Part shown: piece by piece, positions 27,414 to 38,000 of the stretch
How positions within the stretch are numbered: the stretch's first letter is position 1
Layout: the number at the start of each line of letters is the position of its first letter
DNA from: Methanobacteriota archaeon
GTDB taxonomy: Archaea; Thermoplasmatota; Poseidoniia; Poseidoniales; Thalassarchaeaceae
DNA: 64,000 nt
NCBI GenBank assembly: GCA_004195615.1
Contig: PSPW01000001.1
Coordinates: 82,881 to 146,880, forward strand
Direction: 5' to 3'
The notes under the pieces: model-generated
What the model saw: the letters and a program-made list of their open reading frames with translations, nothing else
Told to the model about the DNA's origin: nothing
Databases searched by the model: none
Program-made: the position numbers and the translations under genes

Positions 27414-28532
27414 ATGGCGACTATTGACGAACAAATCAAATCCCTAGAAGATGAGATAACCAAGACGAAGTATAACAAAGCCACCCAGGGGCACATAGGG
27501 AAGCTCAAGGCCAAGATTGCAGCACTCAGGCAGAAGCAGGAAAAGGCGCAGGCGCATTCCAGGTCAAGCGGAGGCAACCAGGGATTCGAGGTGAAGAAGT
27601 CGGGCGATGCCTCAGTCGCTCTAGTAGGATTCCCCAGCGTAGGGAAGTCGAGCCTGATCTCCCAACTCACCGATGTCGATTCGGAAACAGGCAACTTCGA
27701 ATTCACGACCCTGACATGCATCCCAGGCGTAATGGAGCACAGAGGGGCGAAGATTCAGATTTTGGATTTGCCGGGTCTGATCAAGGGCGCCTCAGAAGGT
27801 AAAGGCAGGGGGAAGGAGATCCTGAATGTCATCAGAGGCTCCGACATGGTTCTGTACGTTATTGACCCATTCCAGAAGTCACACTTCCAAATCCTGGATC
27901 AGGAGTTGTGGAAGTCTGGAATGAGGTTGAATCAGAGCCCCCCACAAGTCTTCGTCACCAGAACCAGGAGGGGGGGGATAGAGGTGCGTTCGACTCTCGA
28001 GCAGACGAACATGAGCGATGAGGAGATCCAAGGGATCATCAGAGGATTCGGAATAGTCTCGGCAACGGTGACCCTCAGGACCGATGTCACGGACGACCAC
28101 ATCGTCGACACCTTAGCTGGAAATCGAGTCTACAGCAAATCAGTTGTCGTAATCAACAAGATTGACCTAGCTAACGATAGGATTCTGAAGGGAGCTTACA
28201 AGGAGCTTCCCGAGGAGTGGCCGATACTCAACGTCTCAGCCAAGACGGGAGAGGGCATCGAGAAGATGAAGGATTTCATCTTCGACAACCTTGGCTTCAT
28301 GTCGATTTTCCTCAAGCCACAGGGGCAGGAGGCGGACATGGTCGAGCCTTTGATTGTGAAAGACACATCCACCATAAGGGACGTCTGTGCCAAGCTGCAC
28401 CGGGACTTCCTCAGGAAGTTTCGATATGCGAAGATCAAGGGACCAAGTGCCAAGTTCGATTGGCAGAGAGTGGGTCTGGACCATCGTCTGAAGGACGAGG
28501 ACGTCCTGACCGTGATTCTCAGGAAGTCATAA
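27414..28532 (+). CDS. Developmentally regulated GTP-binding protein (DRG / Obg-family GTPase with C-terminal TGS domain)
   Basis: G1 GFPSVGKSSL, FTTL, G3 DLPGLI, NKIDL, and a C-terminal TGS-like segment. ATG start. Confidence 0.9.
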   Translation: MATIDEQIKSLEDEITKTKYNKATQGHIGKLKAKIAALRQKQEKAQAHSRSSGGNQGFEVKKSGDASVALVGFPSVGKSSLISQLTDVDSETGNFEFTTLTCIPGVMEHRGAKIQILDLPGLIKGASEGKGRGKEILNVIRGSDMVLYVIDPFQKSHFQILDQELWKSGMRLNQSPPQVFVTRTRRGGIEVRSTLEQTNMSDEEIQGIIRGFGIVSATVTLRTDVTDDHIVDTLAGNRVYSKSVVVINKIDLANDRILKGAYKELPEEWPILNVSAKTGEGIEKMKDFIFDNLGFMSIFLKPQGQEADMVEPLIVKDTSTIRDVCAKLHRDFLRKFRYAKIKGPSAKFDWQRVGLDHRLKDEDVLTVILRKS

Positions 28533-28575
28533 CCGACTATCGATGTATTCACCAATGTGATGCCTATCCTAGAGC

Positions 28576-29352
28576 ATGGGCGAGGGGCTGCTGGAGCTGT
28601 TTGACAGTAGGGGCATGAGACGAATGGTTTCCCATCTTGATAAGAGGAGGAAGTTGTACCTAGGTGTTTTCGCCATTGGTTTCGTTGCTGGATACCCGAT
28701 GGCCGAGGTGATCATCGAATGGTTACTGGAGTCTGACGGATACATCCCCGAAGGAGTCGAGGTGATCATCCTGCAGCCTCTCGAGGTAATCTTTCTCCAG
28801 CTCAGGATAGCCGTCCAGATTGCCTTCGGACTGACGATCGCCACTATCATACTGGACCTGTCTTGGACTGGAAGTAGGATTTTTTCCGATGCCACTGCTC
28901 GATTATCCAGTAACGCGGGAGCGCTGATGGTCGTCAAGGCGATGCTGACAATATCTGTCATGGGTGCGATGGGTTTGGCCTATGCGCACAATGTACTGGT
29001 CCCATTCCTGTTGGAGTATCTAGCAGAGGACACCGCGGCATCTGGCCTGCAGTCGACATGGCAATTACAGTCATGGGTCGGTTTTGTCACGGGCCTGTAC
29101 TTCTCGTCCATAATGGGATTTCAAGTCCCGGTGATAGCAGTCCTGCTACTGAGGACTGGTTTGGTAGAGAGGAGCACGATTGTAGAGAACAGGGGTGCGA
29201 TTTGGTTCGCTGCGCTTTTCTTGGGTGCGCTAATCTCTCCTCCCGACCCAATCTCGCTATTCTTGGTAGGTGGGCCGATGCTAATTCTTCTCGAGATTGC
29301 ACTCCTGTACGAGGGGTTTGCTACTCAGAGAGCTAGCCTATCGACAGACTGA
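28576..29352 (+). CDS. tatC: Sec-independent translocase subunit TatC
   Basis: N-terminal HL..RRKL motif, mid-protein PLEVIFLQLRIAVQIAF (the P.E.F...K/R region) and C-terminal ISPPDPISLFLVGGPMLILLEI (cf. the LTPPD...EIG signature). Six TM segments. Confidence 0.8.
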   Translation: MGEGLLELFDSRGMRRMVSHLDKRRKLYLGVFAIGFVAGYPMAEVIIEWLLESDGYIPEGVEVIILQPLEVIFLQLRIAVQIAFGLTIATIILDLSWTGSRIFSDATARLSSNAGALMVVKAMLTISVMGAMGLAYAHNVLVPFLLEYLAEDTAASGLQSTWQLQSWVGFVTGLYFSSIMGFQVPVIAVLLLRTGLVERSTIVENRGAIWFAALFLGALISPPDPISLFLVGGPMLILLEIALLYEGFATQRASLSTD

Positions 29353-29380
29353 TATCCTTCGCCAGAGGGAACTGAAGTAG

Positions 29381-30001
29381 TCACTCTTTGACACCAGCTT
29401 CGACCTCTGGTGCGCCCCCTTCCGAGAATTCAGAAATCGTCATCTGCGCTTCGGGAGCTAGGGATGCGGCGAGCTCGGCGCTGGTGAGCCCGAGCTTGGT
29501 GGCCTCCGACCTAAACCAAGCGCGGACCTTTCTGAACTCGACCTCTGGGCAACCAAAGTACTCGGCGAATCTCCGAGTGGTGGTGAGTCGTCGGGTGAGT
29601 CCGTCCCTCCTCCTGTCGATGAGGCCCATCGAAGCTAGATCCCGAACGTGGTCGTAGGCCTTCTGGCCGAGCATGTCCTTCAGCTGGGATTGCTGCATTG
29701 GCTGGTGGTAGGCAATCAGAGCTGCTGCTGGTAGTAGCCTTGGAGGTATGTCCGCCCTGAATGTCTCTGGGAGGAAGGAGGATAGTTCGGGCCTGACCTC
29801 GAATATCCACCTGCCTGAAACGTCCGTAAGTTGCAGGGCGCTGTCCTCTCTCTGCTCGAATCTCTTCCTCAGGTTGGATAGGCCGACGTGGATGACCCCT
29901 TTCGGTTCCCCGAGCATCTCGGAGAGCTCCTCGAGGGACATCGAGCGTCCCGCTCCGAACAGGATGGCTTCGAGTACTGTGGTCAGTGGCGGCTCAGACA
30001 T
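29381..30001 (-). CDS. scpB: Segregation and condensation protein B (ScpB)
   Basis: N-terminal LEAILFGAGRSMSLEELSEML wHTH, typical of ScpB. Located downstream of scpA and smc. Confidence 0.85.
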   Translation of the reverse strand: MSEPPLTTVLEAILFGAGRSMSLEELSEMLGEPKGVIHVGLSNLRKRFEQREDSALQLTDVSGRWIFEVRPELSSFLPETFRADIPPRLLPAAALIAYHQPMQQSQLKDMLGQKAYDHVRDLASMGLIDRRRDGLTRRLTTTRRFAEYFGCPEVEFRKVRAWFRSEATKLGLTSAELAASLAPEAQMTISEFSEGGAPEVEAGVKE

Positions 30002-30986
30002 TTGAGACCTCCAACGAATCGGACTTCGGGTGTAGCTTATGGGTCAGTTCCTCATAGTCCTCTGATCCTTCCCAGAGGTCACCGAGGACTATCCTGCCGT
30101 TGTAACCCCCCTCCTGGTCGAGTGAGATGTAGCCCCTGTTTGTTAGGAACAGGGTGGATACGAATGCGGTGACTTGCGATTCTGTCTTGGTCTCCTGATC
30201 GTCCAGTCCCGCTTGCGAGTTCCTGTTCAGTTCGTCTGCGACCTCTCCGAGTGCCACCGATTCGGATGACTGTGCCCTAGATTTCAGAGCATCCCACGTC
30301 CTCTTCAAGTCTCCTTCGAGATCCTCTACGTGGAAGCTCCCGCTGAATCGTGCCCTTGCCCTGTCGTGTGCCTCCCTCCTCTCCTTGGCTATTCTCTCCC
30401 TGGTCCTCTGCTCCTCGGCAATTCTACTCGCGTCCTTGAGGCCGAGGAGGAGCTCACCGAGGGTGACTGGCCGGCCTTCTTCCCGGTGTATGCGCCCCTC
30501 GAACATCGAAGGTAGAGTCTCGTCGGCTGCTCCGGTCATGACGCCCACTGAGAAGTTGTAGTCAGCGTCATCGAATTCGACCTCCCAGCCGTCATCGAAG
30601 TCCCAATCGACTTCCTCCTCGAAATCCATAGCCCTCTCCTGACGCTCTATCAGGGAGATCGCCTGACCGCGTAGGATGGACCACGCCATCCTGATTATGC
30701 GACCGCACGATGGGAGGTCAATGTTCTCGGCCTTCTCGATTCGCTCGTTGAACATCTCGATGAAACTGGATAGGTCGACGTCCCAGGGGTCCAAGTCGCT
30801 CGATTGGAACATCTGGAACACCAGGGCAACCGAACGGTCGAATGGGTCGATGAGGAATTGATGCTCCGCCTCGTCCAGGGTCGACAGCTCCATCAGCCTG
30901 TCCAGGAATTTACTGGCCTCTAGGTTGGGCTGGCCCTCAAGCAGACGGAGGACAACATCATCCCTCATCTGCTCTCCGAAAATCAC
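29994..30986 (-). CDS. scpA: Segregation and condensation protein A (ScpA kleisin)
   Basis: Placed between smc and scpB on the same strand. Kleisin-like length and acidic composition. GTG start overlapping the smc TAG stop by 1 nt, and an 8-nt overlap with scpB. Confidence 0.75.
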   Translation of the reverse strand: MIFGEQMRDDVVLRLLEGQPNLEASKFLDRLMELSTLDEAEHQFLIDPFDRSVALVFQMFQSSDLDPWDVDLSSFIEMFNERIEKAENIDLPSCGRIIRMAWSILRGQAISLIERQERAMDFEEEVDWDFDDGWEVEFDDADYNFSVGVMTGAADETLPSMFEGRIHREEGRPVTLGELLLGLKDASRIAEEQRTRERIAKERREAHDRARARFSGSFHVEDLEGDLKRTWDALKSRAQSSESVALGEVADELNRNSQAGLDDQETKTESQVTAFVSTLFLTNRGYISLDQEGGYNGRIVLGDLWEGSEDYEELTHKLHPKSDSLEVSNV

Positions 30987-33900
30987 TATGCATCCTCCCT
31001 GTATTCGATCTCAGGGATTGAGGGGGCTTCCTCCTGCTCCTCAGTTTGTGCTGTTTCAGACTCCTCGATGTCCTCGGTGACGTCCTCAGTGCGCCCCCTG
31101 AGGCTCTGGAGACCCTCTCCCTCTGGCTCGGGAATTCCGTCTTCGGGCACGTCGACCCCTGCCCTGTCGGCTAGCCCACCGAGGCTCGAGGGGGCTGGCA
31201 GCGGTTCTGGGGTCTTTGGCATGTCCGCAGGGGATGGTAGCTCCGGCATCGCCTCCTTCTCCGTCTCGGAGGCGATCCTCGCCTTCTCCTCGGCCTCAAT
31301 CTCCTCGCTGAGGTCCAATGCGGCAGCCCTGTCGAAGTCGGTTATCCTCTGGCTGCATCCGTTGCCTGCGTGGGTGATTCCTATGTGGTGGTCGGCCAGC
31401 GTGAGGCTGACCTTCCTCAGTGTGACCATGATGAATTGTGCCATGCCGCTCCTCATCCTGCAGAGGGCTGCGATCTTCTCGGAGTTGAATGGGTCGAGGT
31501 TCTGGTCCACCTCGTCGAAGTAGTAGAACGGGCTGGGTTCGTAGTCCTGTATCGCGAATATCAGTGCGAGCGCTGCCATCGACTTCTCGCCGCCGGATAG
31601 GGCGGCCCTCCGAGTGTTCTGGCTCTTGCCCGGTGGGACGCATGCCATCTCCAAGCCTCCGTCGAAAGGGCTGTCTATGTTCTCGAGCTTCAGTTCGCCG
31701 CTGCCTGTGGGCTGCAATATCTCGTACACCCTCCGGAAGTTGTTGTTGACGTGCTCGAAGACGTTGAGCAGCCGCGTCTTTCGCTCGTCCTCCAGTTGGT
31801 CTGCTATCGTGGAGAGCTCGTCCCTGCGCTTCCTCAGGAGATTGCCGTCTGCAATCAGGTCCGTGATGCGCGCGGCGGCGGCGTCATACTGCTCTATGGC
31901 GAGCATGTTAACGTCCCCGAGGGCGCGGAGGCGGCGCTCGAGCCCCTGCACGCTCCGCTCCGCCTCCACAACTGTTGGCAGTTGCGCGTCTTCTGGTGGG
32001 ATTGGTATGCCGGCCGCCCCTAGTTCGGCCACAATCTCGTCCAGCGCCTCGCGCCTCTGCTTGATTTGTACGCTAAGTTCCTCCAATCGCCCGGATATGC
32101 TCTGCTTCTCCTGGGAGATCCTCTCTAAGTGGGCCCTTAGGCTGGCCCTCTCCTCGATGATCTCGTCCCTCTTGTCGTTCAGGAGCTTCTGCTCCTCGTC
32201 GAACTGGGAGGCCTGCTCTCTGAGTTCGAGGAGCATCGACTCGGATTCTCCTATGCTCGACTTGAGTTCGCCGATCTCCTTCTCTGCCCTGGAGATCGAG
32301 TCGTTCTGAGACTTGACCTGTCTGTCCAGCTCTGCCACCCTGTCTATCAGAATCTTCAGCTGCTGGGTCGATGTCTCGATTGATGCCTCGGACATGACGC
32401 GAGTCCTCTCTGCCTCGGTTCTGACCCTCTCTGCCTCTCTGAGCTTGACAGACAGGTAGTCGGGAGTGTGGTTCTGGAGGTCTTCTGCGGCCTTGGACCG
32501 GGTGGCCGTCGCCTCCTCGAGGGAGACTCGGGCATTCTCGCATATCGCTGAGAGTCGGGACTTCTCGGACTCGCATTCGTCGAGCTCCTTGTTGGCTGCT
32601 TTGAGCTTGGTTCTGATCTCGCTGACCGCCTTCTCGGCCCTGCTCATGTCGGCCTTCCAATTCCTGATCCTGACCGAGTGGTCATCGTTGTCGAGACCGT
32701 GTATCCTGTCCCTGAGCTCTTGCTGGCTCCTGCGGAGCTCCCTCAGAGCGCCGTCAACAGTGAAGAATAGGAGGTCCGCCTCTTGGACGCCCATCTCCAT
32801 CCTGTCTATTCCGGAACTCCCGGCTCCCGAACCCTCGAATCTCGGGCGGCCCTTCTTCGAAGAGGAGCCGCCAGTCATGGCGCCTGAGCTCTCGATGACC
32901 GCCCCGTCGAGGGTGACCATTCGCACTCCACCCATGTTCTCCCTCGCAACGTCCATGGAGTCAACGACCAGCGTGTTCCTCCCTGCATAACGAACCGCGG
33001 TCTCGACGCTTTGGTCGAATTCTAGCAGATCGTGGACGAATCCTACCACTCCGGGGTTTCTCGCCACTAGGAGCGTCCTTCCCTGGGGACGGGAGACTGA
33101 GAGTTTGTTGAGGGGGAGGAAGGTTGCCCTGCCGCCGCCATTCTTGCGTAGCCAGGTGATGCACTTTGATGCTACGTGGTCGGAGGTCACGACGATGCTC
33201 CTGAGACCGCCTCCGAAGGCGAATGACAGTGCCTCCTCGTGAGAGGGGTCCTTCGGAGACGCCAGTTCCCCGAGGGTCCCGAGGATTCCGTGGATTTCCC
33301 CGCTCTCCCTGAGCCGGGATAGTGCTGCTAGGGTGTGTGCCGAACCCGGAGTGCTTGACCTAGCCTCCATTCTGGCCTTGGCCTTGGCGAGGCCCATCTC
33401 CGCGTTCCTGAGCTTGGACTCGGCCCTGTCCCGATCATCGACGAGGGATCTCTCCTGCTTCTGCAGGCTCATCAGCTCCTTGGCCATGGACTCTCTGTTG
33501 ATGTCGGGACTGGAGTCCTCGAGGTCCTCCCCTACGAGCGCGTGGTCGTCCCTCTCGAGCTCGGCGGTCTCGAATGCCTGCTCTATGTCGACCAGGTTCT
33601 CAGATGCTATCTGGGATCTCTGGTTCGCCCGGTCGTAATCCAGTTGGGCTTGTGAGTATGCTGTGCTGGCGGACTGCTCGTCCTCAGTGGCCTTGCCTAG
33701 AAGCCTGTTGAGGTCGCGGCCGAGCTTGTCTCCGGACTGGATGGCCTTCCTCGCCTCTTCCTCGTCCTCAGCGGCCTTCTTCAGGGCCGCCTTAGAGTCT
33801 GAGACCCTTTGGTGGAGGTCTGTGATGCTCTGCTCTGATTGTATGCGGGCTTTGTCGGCCCCTTCCCTCTCACGTATCAGAATTTCGATCTCCTCCTCCG

Positions 33901-34891
33901 AGCTCTCGATGGCCCTCTTGTGGTCGCCGATGCGGTCGGAAGCGGTCTCCAGATCGATCTCGTGTTGCCTAATTTTGTCTATGATCTCCTTTGCATCCTC
34001 GCCCATGGCCACTTCGAGATCCCTTCTAAGTTGGACAAGTTCCTTGTCGTATCCGTCCAGTCTCTGACTCGATTCCAGCATCTCCTTGGAGAGGTCTTTC
34101 TCCTTTGTGACGTAGTTGGACCTCTCCTCCGACAGTAGTGATACCTCTCCCTGTCTGTTCCTGTGTTTGGATTGCTCTAGAGTCAATCGGGCTAGGTCCG
34201 CCTCTCCCTTCAGTTCCCTGAACTTCAGAGCCTGCTCTCGTTCCTTCTCGAGCTCCGTGAGTCGTCCCTTCTGGTCGGCCTCGAAGATGTCGATCGTCTC
34301 TATGCTGTTCTCGACGTGCTTGCGCTGCGTGTTCGCCTTTCGTATCTCGTCGTCGTAGGCAGTCACCCCGGCGACCTGCTCCAGTACCCCCCTCCTCTTG
34401 TGGGGAGTCATGGTGGCTAGGTTAGTGACGTCGCCCTGCAGCACTATGTTGTAGCCGTCCCCTCTCAGTCCGGCCTCCGAGAGAATCCTTCTCATCTCGG
34501 TGGCCGAGGATGGATTGTCGTTGATCCTGAACGAGGAGACTGGGTTCCCCTTCCTGTTGAGTTTGACCGACCTCGTGAAGGAGACCTCGTCCGAGTCGGA
34601 GCGGAGCCTCCTCTTGCCCCCGACCTCCGGGGTGTTGCTGAATACCAGGGTCGCCGACATGTGTTTTGCCGGGCTACCGGACTTTCCTCCGTTGAAGATG
34701 AGCTCAGAGACATTGGAGGCCCGGAGCGATCGTGTAGACTTGGGTCCGAGGACGAATCCAATGGCATCTCCGCAGTTTGATTTACCGCTGCCGTTGGGGC
34801 CGGTGATCGCTGTGAAGCCCTCCTCGAACGGAATGATCGACTCGCCGCCGAACGACTTGAAATTCTCAACCTCAATCCTGACTAGATGCAT
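30986..34891 (-). CDS. smc: Chromosome segregation ATPase SMC, with an acidic/Pro-rich C-terminal extension of about 120 aa
   Basis: Walker A FTAITGPNGSGKSNCGDAIGFVLG, a long coiled-coil, a hinge, ABC signature LSGGEKSMAALALIFA and Walker B YYFDEVDQNLD. 1301 aa. Confidence 0.95.
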   Translation of the reverse strand: MHLVRIEVENFKSFGGESIIPFEEGFTAITGPNGSGKSNCGDAIGFVLGPKSTRSLRASNVSELIFNGGKSGSPAKHMSATLVFSNTPEVGGKRRLRSDSDEVSFTRSVKLNRKGNPVSSFRINDNPSSATEMRRILSEAGLRGDGYNIVLQGDVTNLATMTPHKRRGVLEQVAGVTAYDDEIRKANTQRKHVENSIETIDIFEADQKGRLTELEKEREQALKFRELKGEADLARLTLEQSKHRNRQGEVSLLSEERSNYVTKEKDLSKEMLESSQRLDGYDKELVQLRRDLEVAMGEDAKEIIDKIRQHEIDLETASDRIGDHKRAIESSEEEIEILIREREGADKARIQSEQSITDLHQRVSDSKAALKKAAEDEEEARKAIQSGDKLGRDLNRLLGKATEDEQSASTAYSQAQLDYDRANQRSQIASENLVDIEQAFETAELERDDHALVGEDLEDSSPDINRESMAKELMSLQKQERSLVDDRDRAESKLRNAEMGLAKAKARMEARSSTPGSAHTLAALSRLRESGEIHGILGTLGELASPKDPSHEEALSFAFGGGLRSIVVTSDHVASKCITWLRKNGGGRATFLPLNKLSVSRPQGRTLLVARNPGVVGFVHDLLEFDQSVETAVRYAGRNTLVVDSMDVARENMGGVRMVTLDGAVIESSGAMTGGSSSKKGRPRFEGSGAGSSGIDRMEMGVQEADLLFFTVDGALRELRRSQQELRDRIHGLDNDDHSVRIRNWKADMSRAEKAVSEIRTKLKAANKELDECESEKSRLSAICENARVSLEEATATRSKAAEDLQNHTPDYLSVKLREAERVRTEAERTRVMSEASIETSTQQLKILIDRVAELDRQVKSQNDSISRAEKEIGELKSSIGESESMLLELREQASQFDEEQKLLNDKRDEIIEERASLRAHLERISQEKQSISGRLEELSVQIKQRREALDEIVAELGAAGIPIPPEDAQLPTVVEAERSVQGLERRLRALGDVNMLAIEQYDAAAARITDLIADGNLLRKRRDELSTIADQLEDERKTRLLNVFEHVNNNFRRVYEILQPTGSGELKLENIDSPFDGGLEMACVPPGKSQNTRRAALSGGEKSMAALALIFAIQDYEPSPFYYFDEVDQNLDPFNSEKIAALCRMRSGMAQFIMVTLRKVSLTLADHHIGITHAGNGCSQRITDFDRAAALDLSEEIEAEEKARIASETEKEAMPELPSPADMPKTPEPLPAPSSLGGLADRAGVDVPEDGIPEPEGEGLQSLRGRTEDVTEDIEESETAQTEEQEEAPSIPEIEYREDA

Positions 34892-34909
34892 CCCTTCACC
34901 TCAGTCGTC

Positions 34910-34925
34910 GGGAAATAAATCACCG
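34910..34925 (-). promoter_or_regulatory. Candidate archaeal TATA box for smc (TTTATTT about 22-28 nt upstream of the ATG), implying a leaderless or short-leader transcript
   Basis: The minus strand reads cggtgaTTTATTTcccgacgactgaggtgaagggATG. Confidence 0.3.
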
Positions 34926-35031
34926 ACAACAGCGCCAGTCGTTCCATTTGGGGTTAAGAACATTGAGGCAGTAGGGCGATTAGGGACATGAATTAGGAGA
35001 TGCTCCGGGAAAAGCCGCGGAAGAACTGCCT

Positions 35032-38000
35032 TCACATGTTCCTTCTGAACTTCCCACCGCTCTCGAAGAGAGCCTGCGTGACCTGTCCAACCGAGCAATG
35101 CTCTACTATGTGCATCATCACTTCGAACAGATTGCCACCCTCGCGAGCAACTTGCTTTAGCCGGCTCAGGCATTCCTCAGACTCCGCCGAGTGCGCTTCC
35201 TTGAACTCCCTGTTCCTGTTGATTACCATCATCTTCTCCGATTCGTCAGATCTGGTCACGTCGATATCAAATTCCTCTGCTGAGGGTGTGGACGAGTCGG
35301 GGTCGGTGAACGTGTTGACGCCCACGATCGGCGTCTCGCCCGTGTGCTTGCGATGCTCGTACAGCATGCCTTCGTCCTGAATTCGGTTGCGCTGATAGTT
35401 GACCTCCAGTGCACCGAGAACTCCTCCTCTGCTATGCATCTCCTCGAAGATACGCAGGACCTTCTCCTCGACCTCGTCCGTGAGGAAGTCCGCTACGAAT
35501 GAGCCCTGCAAGGGGTTCTCGTTCCGCAGCCAGCCGTACTCCTTGGTGAGGATTAGCTGGATCGCGACCGCGTCTCTGACCGTGTCCTCCGTGGGAGTTC
35601 CGAAAGCCTCGTCACGGCTGTTGGTGTGGAGACTGTTGGCATTGTCGGCAAGCGCGTAGAGGGCCTGCAAGGTGGTCCGGTAGTCGTTCCACGTGAATTC
35701 CTGGGAGTGGAGAGATCGTCCGCTGCTCTGTATGTGGTACTTGAGCTTCTGGCCCCTTTCCTCGACTCCATAGAGGTCGCGCATCGCTATTGCCCAAATC
35801 CTCCTGGAGACTCTGCCGATTACAGCGTACTCGGGATCCATCCCATTGGAGAAGAACCATGAGAAGTTCCTGAGGAACTTGTCGGGATCGAGCCCTCTGG
35901 CCTTGAACAGTTCGACGTAGGTGAGGCCGTTTGAGAGCGTGAGTGCCGCTTGGGTGATTGGGTTCGCCCCTGCCTCATCGATGTGGTAGCCGCTGATGCT
36001 GACGAAGTAGTGGTTGCGGACCCCGTTGTTCACGTAGAACTCCGCGACGTCCCCCATCATCCTGAGCGCCGTGTCCAGATTGAACACCAGGGTGTTCTGG
36101 CCCATGGCTTCCTTCAGCTGATCGGCCTGGACCGTCCCCCTCACGGTGGAAAGGGCGTAGGCACTGATTTCCTCGGATTCGTTCTCGCTGGGATCTCTCC
36201 CGTTCTCTTCGACGAACTTCCTAGTCTGCTGCCTAATTGCAACTCTGAAAAAGGCTGCTAGGTGCCACCAATAGTTACCGTTGATGGTCATGCTGACCGA
36301 GGTGTTCGGAGCGCATAGGTCGAAGCCGACGAACAAACGGTCCATCTCGTCCACCGTGCTGATGCTGACTCCAGACTCGCATACCTTCCCGAAGATATCG
36401 AGCCTCTCCTGCGGGTCATTCCCATACAGGCTAGGGGAGTCGAATGCTACTGAGAGCCTGTTGAACGACTGGTCCTTTGACAGGAAGTGGTAGCGCTTGT
36501 TGGTCCTCTCTGCGCTGCCCTCTCCGGCGAACATCCTGACTGGGAGCTCATCCTCCCTCCTGAATGGGAAGACTCCACCCGTGTAGGGGAAGGCCCCCGG
36601 GGCGTTCTCCTTGCGAATCCAAAGGAGTTTGTCCCCCCAGTCCTGAGTCGTGGGCAGGGCGACTCTCGGCACTCTGGTCCCCGATAACGTCTCGTGGGTC
36701 GTCTTGACTGAGATTTCTTTTTCTCGTACTGTGTAACTCGCCTGACCGGAGCGGTATGCCTCGGACTTCGAATCGAACTCGTTCAGAGACGCCCATGCTG
36801 CTTCGGGTATTGAGCTCCTGATCTCGTTTGCCTCGTCGAGCAAGTCCTGGTTAGTGTCCCTCTTGCTGGAGGATTCCAGCAGTTTGGCCGCTGCTTCGAG
36901 TTGCTGCACCTGACGGACGGATTTCGCTACGTCTTCTGACCTCTTGTGGTAGTCCCTCACGGTTGAGGCGACCTCAGCGAGGTACCCCTGACGCTTGGGG
37001 GGAATCGGGGTATCGCGATTCGGCAGCCCATCTGGGCCCAAACGAGGTTCGCTAGCGGAGAAGTCGGTCCCAAACTTCTCGTTCAGCTGGACTGTCATCA
37101 TCTCCCAGAGGCGGTCCACGCCAGCATCGGCGAACTGGCTGGCTATTGTGGGCACAACTGGCATTGATTCGGGATTCTCGTCGAAGGCCTCTCGGTTCCT
37201 AAGGAACTGCTTGCGGATCTCGGTCAGTGCGTCCTCTGCACCGGGCCTGTCGAACTTGTTCAGTACCACGATGTCGGCGAAGTCCAAGGCAGCTAGCTTC
37301 TCTAGCTGGCTCGGTGCACCATACTCTCTGGTTGTGACATAGATGGAGATGTCTGCCACTTCGGTGATGGCATCGTCCCCCTGGCCGATGCCACTCGTCT
37401 CGACAATGACCAAGTCAAAGCCGACCGCTTTGCAGGTCTCGACGGCTCGATCGACGCACTCGGCGATCTCCCTGCCGCTGTCCCTGCTCGCGAAAGAGCG
37501 CATGAACAGCTTATGGTCGGAAAGGGAGTTCATTCTGATTCGATCGCCGAGTAGAGCCCCGCCCGTCTTCTTCCTAGTGGGGTCCGTGGCTAGCAAGGCC
37601 ACCCGGGCATCCGGGTTGTCTCTGCGGATCCTGAGCATAACCTCGTCCATCAGACTAGACTTACCCGCCCCGCCTGTCCCGGTGATGCCGATCACGGGGC
37701 ACTCTGATTCCGAGTTCCTAGAGCGGGCCTTGGAGAGAGTATCGTAGAACTCATCTGGATGGGAGTTCTCTGCCATCGTCAGAAGCAGGGAGACCATCCC
37801 ATGGTCGTCGGCATCAACCGGGCCGGATATCGAGTCGAACCTGGATCTCTCCAGGAGGTCTATCTCCGATGCCTGGTTCATTGCGTCCCGCACCATTCCG
37901 ACAAGGCCCAAGTCCCTGCCATCGTCTGGCGAGTAAATCCGCGAAATCCCATTTCTTCTGAGCTGTTCAATTTCATGTGGGAGGATAGTTCCTCCCCCTC

